Positions 52,812 to 64,000 of a stretch of DNA of 64,000 bases are shown piece by piece. The DNA comes from Chrysomallon squamiferum (lineage: Eukaryota > Animalia > Mollusca), in assembly GCA_012295275.1 (NCBI GenBank), contig CM022672.1, positions 23,126,001-23,190,000 on the forward strand, in the 5' to 3' direction. A program made the translations under genes and the position numbers. The stretch's first letter is position 1; each line of letters begins with the position of its first letter. A model generated the notes under the pieces. It had not been told where the DNA came from. It saw only the letters and a program-made list of their open reading frames with translations, and did no database searches.

Positions 52812-53064
52812 ATTATTGTCGTAGTTGCAGTTATTGCTATTATTGTTATTACTGTTACTACTGTTATTATTATTGTTATTGTTGTTGTTACTGTTATTAT
52901 TACAACTATCATGATATTAAAATTATTGTCGTAGTTGCAGTTATTGCTATTATTGTTATTACTGTTACTACTGTTATTATTATTGTTATTGTTGTTGTTA
53001 CTGTTATTATTACAGCTATCATGATATTAAAATTATTGTCGTAGTTGCTGTTATTGCTATTATT

Positions 53065-53066
<2 letters not shown>
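52812..53066. repeat. Tandem repeat, 110-bp period, ~2.3 near-identical copies of a (TTA/TTG)-derived unit
   Basis: GTAGTTGC(A/T)GTTATTGCTAT starts at 52821, 52931 and 53041. Confidence 0.92.
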
Positions 53067-53107
<41 letters not shown>

Positions 53108-54078
53108 CATCATTATTGTTACTATTATTGTTATTGTTGTTGAATTACATAAATAGGTTTTCTTTGTCTTCAGCATCTTCTTCTTGTTGAAGTTGTTATT
53201 AAATGTTTTTCTTCGTCTTTTTTCAATTACTCTGTCAGTGATTCGCTTTGTTTTACAGTGATATATTTAAAACTGAACACAAATGCCCTCAGGCAAAACG
53301 TGTAAAGAAACAACAAAGATAAACTGGTTTCTCATTATCATAAAATTTTATGACAAAATATTGCTAACGGTGAAAATCTTAATCTAACGTTTACCTTGTT
53401 GTTTGACATATAGATAACTGTCGTTTGACATACCACAGCTGATAGGATCAAATCACCCCGGGGACATTATTTTTTTAATATGTTGTTCAAAACGTACCAA
53501 ACAGACATTTGAATTTACGTATTCTGCGTATACATACAAGAAAATATATTCACATAGGCCAACGCGTGCGTATATTATATTATTCATGTGCGTTGGCGTT
53601 CATCATTACACAAACCTATACAAATATATATGTACGTACATATATATGAATATTAGTAGATACACATTATATCTATCTATCCGCCTATACAACCATCCAT
53701 GCATACATACGTACATAATTATACGCAAAAAAACAACACGCACACTCTCTCTCCATAAACTCAAACACTCAGAGACACTGAAACATACAGCCATGCAAAC
53801 ACACATACATGCACATTTTAATGATATAAATACATTTGCGTACACCGAAACACATACATACACATTTACAGATACGCACACGTGTATGAAACGTTTAAAA
53901 CACTGACTATTGTTATTTTAACCTGTCTGAGTTTTCTTTGATAGTACAGATCTATCAGCATTCTTTTTGTCTTGACATTTTCCACGCGGTGCTTGTCAGT
54001 TACGGGTATAATTTATGTCAGACAGACATGCATTTTGGGATTTCCTCTTACTGGCGTTCCGAAAATTTCACACGTATT

Positions 54079-54112
<34 letters not shown>

Positions 54113-54790
54113 TTTAGGCTTTTGGAGTTAATGTTAATTATTAAACAAAATTTCCCATTCAAAGTAACATTTCCGATGATAAAATATCGTCTTCCTTAAG
54201 TCGGTTTAACTGAAAAAGAAAAGATAGTCGTCATATCAATCTAATCTGTGATCGGTGGCAATAACAATCCTCTTCGATAATACATATAAACATGTATTTA
54301 TTTATATAACAAATTACATCTAAAATTTGATATCGCAACAGCTGGAAATATTCCCTTTTTCAGCACACTTGTAATTTTCACGAATGGAATCAACTTGTTT
54401 TTGAACGCTCCGCTGCTCACAGCATTTGTCTGTGTACATACAAAATCAGCCTGGCTTCACACTAGTTGTAAAACATATAAAGGTGTACAATGGAGAATTA
54501 TCTGCCCATTTCGACAGTTGTTAAAATATAATGACAAGTAATAGGGGTCTGGTCTTCAAAGATGAAAAGGGAAGTACATCTGATAAAAAATATATTTTCC
54601 TATAACTCTAAAAAGAGACCGCACATAATGCTTTTGGTTACTTGAAAAAAATACACGAAACATTTTCTGGATCATATTTTATTTGAGAAAACATAAATTT
54701 AAGATGTAGTTTGATTTCTTTTTTTAATTATATCAGTATATTGAGTGGTAACTGAAAAAAGACTTTATAACAAATTAGCAACATTATGTT

Positions 54791-54792
<2 letters not shown>

Positions 54793-54868
<76 letters not shown>
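54793..54868. repeat. (TC)n microsatellite
   Basis: Direct observation. Confidence 0.98.
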
Positions 54869-54872
<4 letters not shown>

Positions 54873-57085
54873 AAACAGAATACTATACAAGTTTATTATA
54901 ATTTTATCAGCTATTACTATTCTATAACTATTTCTGAGATTTCAAAATCTGATGAATGCAATGGTTTGCTTTCTTAGGTCATTATATAAGCCATCTCTAT
55001 CGATTCTTTAAAACATTCCTTGAATAAATCAGAAAGCATGATTTATTTTACGATAGAATATAATAAAAAGATTACGAAGAAAACGAAGAAAAAGATAAAA
55101 GACAAAATCATGAAATGGAAAGAAAGCAAAAACGCACATAATAAATAACACCACCACGGCAGTGAAACTTTGAATGGAGTTAAATGTTATTTTTATATCT
55201 ATTTTTTTTCCCAGTTAGTTCAATTGTAAGTCTTACTTGAAGTATATCGATAATTTGTAACGCTGATTTTATAGGATTTAAAATATTAAAACCTTCTTTT
55301 CATGTAAAGTAGAAGGCTTCTATTTCTTCTTTGATCGCTCGCGAAGAGGAGATAATTGGTTTTCAGCTGGAGATTTTCAATGAAAAACGTCAAAGAACGG
55401 TTTATCGCGGATTTATCAGAAATGTTATCTTCTCCGATTATCAAATGCGATGCGTACGTACTTTTTTCAAATTAAGTATTATTAACGATGTTACTAATGG
55501 GTGCATATAGTATCAGCAGCACAATGTTTGCATGGCTGAGTAATTTGGAAGAATTATCGGTCTTGTGTTAATTAACTTTTTCGCAAGAAGTTTTTCAGAC
55601 AATCTTAACTGTTGACTCAGCGTTATCTCCCTTTTGTTGTTTGATCGTTAGCAGAATATCAAAAGTCTGGAAGAGATGAAAAGAAATTCAACGTAGCTTT
55701 GAAAATACAACTATAACATGAACTAAAGCAATGTTTTAACTCGCGATCGTTTAATATAATGAAATAAAAAAATTTTTTCTGCAGAGTTTATAACACCATT
55801 TTAAAACCAGTTTTAATTATTTATTAAATATTTTGTTTTTAAAATGGACAAGAAAACAGCTTCCACATATGTGAGCTTGTAATAAAAAAATGTTTCTGTT
55901 ATTACTTGTTTTGTTAAAACCATTTTGTAGAATTACTGATGTCCATTCTTTCCTCAGCTTTTATTTTGTTCTAGTTTTAATTACGATGATGATGATGATG
56001 ATGATGATGAAAATGATAATTAAAATAATAAACTCTATTAACTAATAACCAAAATGTGATGGCATGATTACAGATATGTCAATCATAATTATATTACCTT
56101 AAGCTGACATTCCATATTTCCCGATCTAGGAATGTAAACTTTTTTCAACAGACTGAAGAAACAACGATTTTCTAAAAGATTTACAGATTTTATGGTTGTG
56201 TTTGTGTGTGTGAGCGTCTCTCTGTGTGTTATCTCTCTGAATGTCAGTATTCGAAATGTTGTCGTCAAGAATAGAAATTGCTTAAGATCTTCTCGTTATT
56301 CTTATTTTATTACTACCCACTATCATGAGCAAAGATTCGTTATGTTAGGCTGTTTTTTATGTGTCCTTTTTAATGTAGACATCAGTAGTAAACAGAACTG
56401 AAGTCTGTAATAATAAATCAAGTTAAATATAACCGAAAGAAACATAAGGTAAAGGAAATGTAAAGTAAACAATTTCTTTTAAAATACGCCTTATTTGAAA
56501 AGACTTCTCTAACTACCGTCTCAAATAAAACGTCAACATACAATCACTTCAGACTTATCGTAACACCATCTGTACCAGCTTTATCTTGTAGTACCGAAGT
56601 TTCCTTAAGTGCTATTGTCTTGTACATGAAGTACTATAGCGTGAAAGGTTGTTATAGGGTCTGAAATTTGAGGCTATAATTTTCGGGTGATTCCGCCATC
56701 AGATGTCATGTGCATTGTCATCTAATCGGTCTTGGGTGTCTGGATCATTCAGACTGACGGTTGCTTATTGTACTGAATACAGAGCCCAGTCGCGATGGAC
56801 AGTAAGTAGTAACTAGATGGGAGTGGCCACGAATCCTACTGATTACGACGTCAAGTTGAAAATGTGTCGTATAAAGTCAAATAAAGCAACGAATCTTTCT
56901 TTCAGCATTTCTTATTTTAATAAAATATCTTCTGTTCTATAGTTTTATCATTCCAGATTTAGCGTGAAAGATGTAATAATTCTGGTCTCAAGGCTTTTTT
57001 TTTCTTTTTTCTTTTTTTTCCCTTCTTTTTAGCCCCCGTGTCTAAATCTAACTAATAAATCAGTTCGGAAACATTTATAACACTA

Positions 57086-57086
<1 letters not shown>

Positions 57087-57172
<86 letters not shown>

Positions 57173-57182
57173 CCCTCTTCTC
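57087..57182. repeat. (TC)n microsatellite
   Basis: Direct observation. Confidence 0.97.
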
Positions 57183-58790
57183 AAAACACCCTTCTTTATT
57201 TGTTAAACATTAATTTAATAAATAAAAAAAAAAGAAAGAAAAAAAAATGAACTTATTTTAGGACACAATTCCGCATGGAGTTGGATTTCACGGCTGGCAG
57301 TAAAATGTCTGGAATAACGTAATCTATCATCTTGGTACCTTTGTTTCAGGCACTAATCACCGCTTGTATATAAAACTCGTTCAGAATTCTCATCCTTCAG
57401 CTGTCAGTTAGTTAAAGATATTTAAAGAAATGGCGGAAAGTTTCAACATATTTTGTAGCTGTAGATTGAATGAAACGTATAGATTTGTTTTTTTTCTTTT
57501 AAACTGAAAGGATAAGCTGTTAAGAATAAAAAGTCTGCAAAGAACAATCTTTCAACGAAAACAGTTACCATCTGCACATAGAAAACAAAGCAAGAACAAC
57601 AAAAAAACACCCACAACAGTAAACAAAGAAAAAAACAACAACAACAAAAACCACAACAAATACATCACCCCTACCCCCCAAAAAAACCCCATAAAGAACA
57701 GTCAAAACCAAAAGGTGGAACCAGAACCACAGTCCACACAAAAAAATACACACAAAACCCCACAAAAGAACCAAATAAACAAACAAAAAAATAAATAAAT
57801 AAAGAAAAAAAAAAAAACAGGAGGATGATAATGTAAAAAGAAAGAAGGAAGCAAAATCAACAAACGAAACAAATAAAGTCCAATGTGAAATAACGTTATT
57901 TCTATTATTATTATTATAAATACTGATGTTGTTATAATTTTTTTTTAAATGGAAAACAAAATTTTTCTTTTACTGGAAGCTTATTATAAAGCCGTTTGAA
58001 TGTTGAGTACAGTACAATTTACAGAAGTAAGAAAAAGGGAAACAATTTCTATTTAAGGCGGGCAGAGTTGCCTCTCATCCGTTGAGAATTAAAATTAAAG
58101 CACACTGAAAAGTAAACTCTGTATCCAGGAAGGGCAAACATTTTAAAACAGAGACCGGATGGATCTGATAGGAAGAGCACGAGGGCCAGAATATGAAATA
58201 AGAACAAAACAGAGATTTCAAAACGTTTATTTTATGTAAACAGTCATTTTTTTAACTGATGCGGTCACTATTGATTCGAGACGCCTTAAATTTTAAACTT
58301 GAGTGCGACTTGAATAAAAAAAAACAGCTGTGTCATTGAATTTATTTCACTGACTTTTATTTTGCTGTCTCACGGGCTGGATTGCAATGTTAACTATGAA
58401 CAGTTTGGCGGGCCCGAGCCCCGGAGTTTCCCCGTCCCTGCTCTATATAAAGATATTTAATGAAAAGTAGTTTGGTATAATTAAACTATTATTACAACTA
58501 CAGTTACATATACTACTACTACTACTAGTACTGCTACTACTACTACTACAACACTACTACTACTAATAATAATCATCATGACGATGATTCATGATGACAA
58601 TTATGATAATGATGATGATGATGACGATGATAATAGTTATAATTGCTGGTACAATCCCAGAACTGAAGAAACTATATCAATTATTTATCATTAACTATTT
58701 ATTTAAAAATATACAGAAAGACTCCAACTATTTTTTAATGTACTGAATAATACACACTATCTAATAAAATGAAAAAAACAAACAAGGCTT

Positions 58791-58792
<2 letters not shown>

Positions 58793-58834
<42 letters not shown>
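58793..58834. repeat. (AAT)n microsatellite
   Basis: Direct observation. Confidence 0.95.
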
Positions 58835-61314
58835 CAAAGAAGAAGAACAGCAAAAAGAATAACAAACAAACATTTTCTTTTTATATATATAAAAAAGGAA
58901 TTAAATAAAAGGAAAAGAAAACAGAAACATTAGATTATAAAAATGAAGTAAATGAAATAAATAACTTATGACAATTATATCTTGTAATAACATAAGACTT
59001 TAGGAGTCACGGACGTCATAAAATCTGCCTAATCGTGAATCCTTTAAAACGACATCATTATATTACTAGGATAAAAATATTACCGTTAGATGGCACAAAT
59101 AAAACGGACCTTCAACCCACTCTCCCAAAAAAGAAAGAAACAAAGAAAAACAAATATCAAGACAATGTGAAAACAACAAACATACAAAACACCCCCCCAA
59201 AAAAAACAACAACAACAACAATCAAACAAAGAAAAAAAAAAAAAAAAAAAACAAAAGATGATCCATTCCAGTATTAAACGCTGTTTTAAATTTAATTAAC
59301 GTTACCTTTTCTCGGTCACAGATGAGATTTTAATAAATATATCTTATCCATCTGTATGAACTTATTAAATACTTTCGAGAGAGTAATGATACCTGCAGTT
59401 GGAATGAGACACTCAGTTTCTGTACTGTTGAGCCAGAACTGTCTTATTTACATCTAACCTTCAAAATTCAGCTTCTCGATTATTCGTATACTATCCTGTC
59501 GATACACTAATAAAATTGGTTTAATAATATCACTTGTTCCTTTTGATATCTGGTGATAATAAAATTTTAAAGTATTAAAAGGCATATAAAAGTTAGTCAT
59601 TAACGCCACATAAACTAATACTTTTATTATAGGTAATGAAATGTATCATTTTAAACTTTTATGATAACAGATCACTTCCTCTAATAGACACAGTAAAATA
59701 TTTTTACATTCAAAAAATAAAATGATGTATTTTCTTCGAACCGATTTTCAATATCAGTTAAACACGCAGATATCATCAATATTCGTGTTTGAAGAAATCT
59801 GATAAATATTTTGACATAAATATTTCTTTATTTTTGATTCACTTAACTTATAATAAAAATAAAATAAATAAACCCACAACAAACTAAACGTCTGTTTATG
59901 CATTTATCTATATTATCCGTCCGTCTAACTAGCTGAACATTTCTAATGGTATGTTAATGTCTCTCGTTCTTTTCTTCTTTTTATTTATTAATTTAAAAAT
60001 ACAACTTTTTTTTTTTTTTTTAATTGAATTTTTGCTTTGATTCACCACAGAAAATACAATACAATATGTTACAACTAATTCGTGTTAATGTAAGAAAATA
60101 TAAAAGGAAGATAATGTCTTAATTTTCAGTAGTAGTAAATATTTGTCATATAAACACAAACTGTATGTTTTCATGAATATTTGTTATATATGTAATACAT
60201 TTTTCTGAAAGGGATTTGTACATTTCAGCGATTTTGTTGTTTTGTAGGCTGACCCCAAAACCAATAATAGTAAAACTTTATATTATAAACAATTACTCAA
60301 AATAGAGGCAATGTCTTTGTTCAAACACATATTTTTAATACACGATATATAGCTTACAGAACGATTTAAGATTAATTGCTGTTAAGCCATTATTTTTGAT
60401 AATAATTAATATTTTTCTAGCTATTTTATCGTGCATTTTATTCTCTAATGAACTGAAAAAATCGGTGTCTAATTTTTTTACAGAAACAATTTGTTGGATT
60501 TTGCCGTGAAGAAAAACGATAAACAAATTTCGATAAGACTAATCTTTTGTTTACAATAATTTTTTCTAGAGATGACAAACAACGATTTAATTATTGTTCA
60601 ACGAGCCTTTTAACCTCATTCAGCTCTGCATTATAATATAATCTTTGTATTTGATAAATATTAGTGGAAAAGCGTACCCTATATATTATTAATCCTATAG
60701 TCCATTTTAAATTATGCTTTGAACACATTACATTAGTTTTCTGTTATTATTATGGTCTTTATCTAATTTTACTATTTTAGTTTTTCTTTAACGTACTAAC
60801 ATTGTAACAAGATAATTAGTAAGATATTCGAATATTTCCATAGAAGTTGCGAGAGTTTTGTCACACCACTCTAATAATAATAGTGTCCGTCGGCAAAATG
60901 TGAACTCTTAATTTCATTGCGGTTTATCTCAGTCTGGTGTTATTTCTTACCAAAATTCCAAGAATCTCAACACCATAAAATAAAAACACAGGGTGATATA
61001 TATCCTCTCCCATTTAAAGCGTTCAGTGATATCATTCAGACATTTTTCATATTCGCTATAAAACGTCGATATCCATCTTTGATTTGAGACCTTAAATTTA
61101 AAATAAGCAAAACGTTTGTTATTTAAGACTTAATTTGTGTGTATATGTAATGTAATATATCATATAAAACTTTAATATTATTACCTATTAAATTCAAGGC
61201 TCCACTGAATATACAGGATACATTTCTAATTTTCTCTGAAGATGAATCCAGTTGTTTAAAAAAAATGCTTGGATATCTTTATCGTTTGGAATCGATGTAT
61301 GTTAATAAGAGTGA

Positions 61315-61470
61315 ATCGCTGTTTGTTTAATGATATATCTATTGCTAATAAATTACCATCAATATACTCTTACTTGATTGTGCACAGTAAAATGAGTTAT
61401 TGTGTCATTAAGAAAAAAACCTGCCACATCCCTTAATTACTTTTATATGAACTGTTTAGACTTAAGTATT
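61315..61470 (-). mobile_element. Decayed SINE 3' half
   Basis: GTTTGTTTAATGATAT..AGAAAAAAACCTGCCACAT..CTTTTATATGAAC resembles the tail-to-core order of the 31513 copy. Confidence 0.3.
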
Positions 61471-61805
61471 TGCTCCGCGACCAATAACTTTATTAAGTTA
61501 TATAATTAAATAAGTTTTATATCACAAGGTAAAATATCTGCTCTGTTAATGAATTTATGGAAATATAATCTATATCAAATTCTGTATCCTGTTTTCTGTA
61601 AAATATTATAAAAAAAAATAAAATTGTACGTGAAGTGTGCCCATGTGAGCATAAATTTGTTTACTGCTACAATAGCTAGCTATACAATTCTACACAATCA
61701 AATGCTTCTCCCAGGAATTCACGAGGATCGACTTTTGTTTTGACCTTTTCTACTTTAAAAACAAAACACACAAAAAAACAAAAAAAACAAACAACAACAA
61801 CAACA

Positions 61806-61807
<2 letters not shown>

Positions 61808-61860
<53 letters not shown>
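61808..61860. repeat. (AAT)n microsatellite
   Basis: Direct observation. Confidence 0.95.
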
Positions 61861-61864
<4 letters not shown>

Positions 61865-64000
61865 TAAAAATAAAATAAAATAAATTAAAAGAAAATCCCC
61901 CACCGAAAAAATGTCTTCACTGATCCTTTAATTTACGTCAGTGATAAAGAACTTGATTTTGTTTTGGAATTTGGGGTTTAAATTTTAACAATGATTGGTC
62001 TCGTTGTTTGTTGTGTTTTTGTTTCTTGTCCTTGGTTAGTTTTAGATCGCTTGTGGTCTGCTTACCAGAATGTTTTCCTCCAAGTGTATAACGTTCTTTT
62101 TCTGCTTTTTCAAAACTAGTGTCACGTGAAAGATTATTTTTAGTGTTTTTCTGGCCAGAGAACGTTTTCAGCAAAATTGTTTAGGTTTTAAATGGCTATA
62201 AAATAAATATTCCAGATTCGTTTCATGTTAGTTAAAACTACCAAGTGAAGTTTTCATGTGAACAATGTTGGGGTTTGGGGTTATCAGTTAATTAATAAAC
62301 TTGCAGTCTTAATTTGAAACTTACTGGATCTTAATGATCTTACGACTCTATTGCTGAATTCAAACGCATTCTCTTAAAATTCTGTGCAATTTGCGGTTCT
62401 AAGTAAAAACATGTAAAACCAACCATCTGGATGACCTCTGACCTCTCTTTCTTCCCTCTTTTTAACATAACTTTTTATTAACTGTTATTTTTTCGAACAC
62501 ATCTATTTTTTATTTATATTTAGATCCATATTTTATGTTCAGGAATATATTTTCTGGTTAGTCAGACTTTCTCTGTCATACACAAACGTATATACAGGCA
62601 CACATACTCTATGAATCTTTTCACTGAGTATTAAAACTGTTACAGTTTAATTTTATAATACATGTTCATCTGGAGATCAGAATTTATGCTTCTGTATTCT
62701 TTAATTGTCTGTGTGTCTGTCTGACTGTCTGTCTGTATGTATGTATGTATGTGTGTCTATAAAGACTTGTGCGTGTTTGTGTATATGTTTTATATTATAA
62801 GATTAAAATGTTACTCGATGAATGGCAAAAGCAAAAACATAAATAAACAAACGGATACACAAATTTGATAAACGACACACACGAATAATAACACAACAAC
62901 GAAAATAGCAAATATATAAAATTAAATTGTGACAGTTTTAATACTCATAGAAGAGATTCATAGTGTATGTGTGCGTGTATATACGTCTGTGTATGTTTTT
63001 ATGGTAAATAGTGTATTAAAACTGGAAAAAACAAAACATGCACGCAGATACCAATATTCATATTAATATTTTAAATGATGTTTATTTATTTTTGATTCCA
63101 AAATTTCTTTTACTTCTATTCATAAACATAACACTACAGAACACAAACAAACACATAAAGAGGAACAAAAACAAACTGTTTACAAGTTGGTTAATTTTTA
63201 TTGAAATTTTCTTCTATAAAACTATTTTTTTATAGCTATCTGCCTTCTATGTATGTGTCTTGCTGTCTGTTTATTTCGATTTATTTTTTCTGCGTCTGTC
63301 TATTAATCTATTTCTCTTTTCTCTGTTTCTTCTAGATATCACTCTTTAATTTTATTAATTTCTAACTTTAAATTTTTGTTTATAATAAAATTTTAAAAGG
63401 CCTCTAGCTCCATATTTACTGTTAAAGAACAAGCAATATTTTTATTTTTTGATCAATCACATTAATAAACAAGCAATAAAGAGACTATGTTATGACGAAA
63501 TTTGTCCCCCAAAAGTACCTATTCATTTTAACTGCTTGGGGATACAAAAGTTTTTTTTTATAAAAAATAAAAAAGAATAGGACTAAATTTACATAATCTG
63601 AATGAAAAAGAAAGAGAGAAAAACTCAAAAACAGTAAATAAAAAAAAAGAGTAAAAAATACAAAGAAAAAAAAAAAAAAAAAAAAAAAAAGGTTAAAACG
63701 TTTATTATATTTTAGAACCGGAAAAATGATCAATCAATCCATTTCACTCTTTCCTTATAAAACAGGCTGTTCATTTCAGCTCGACATTTTACCTTTTCCA
63801 AGTACCTTAACTTCAGCTGACAGCAACTGAAAGGTAAGAAAGAAAATGAAACATTCTGAATATTTATAATTATAAGTCAAATACTTTTTATTATATAACA
63901 TTATGTTTGATCATAGTTTCTCTAAATATTCTATTACTGATCAGTCGCTCTGTTCAAGTTTTAACTGCTTGGGGATACAACAGTTTTTTAATAAAGAATA

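Overview
AT-rich, microsatellite-dense animal genomic DNA, not prokaryotic. Decayed SINE copies resemble a family I recall from gastropod molluscs, so the host assignment is inference. I can support only one protein-coding exon in 64 kb: the first coding exon of a Tincar-like multipass membrane protein on the minus strand (34527->34064). It is split into two overlapping ORFs by one extra base in an 11-nt G run (34377-34387); removing one G restores a 154-codon Tincar-like N-terminus ending at a canonical phase-1 AG|GTGAGT donor. I found no convincing second exon, so 1-34063 is probably part of a >34-kb first intron and 35.5-64 kb is upstream sequence. The rest holds short CpG-rich islands with TF-like motifs (RFX X-boxes, a recurring AGCAGACGA 9-mer clustered near the gene start), old SINE/LINE/DNA-transposon relics, minisatellites and microsatellites. 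Nearly all ORF-track entries are repeat artefacts. I see no evidence for a novel multi-gene system; the best leads are the homopolymer frameshift and the candidate regulatory motifs.
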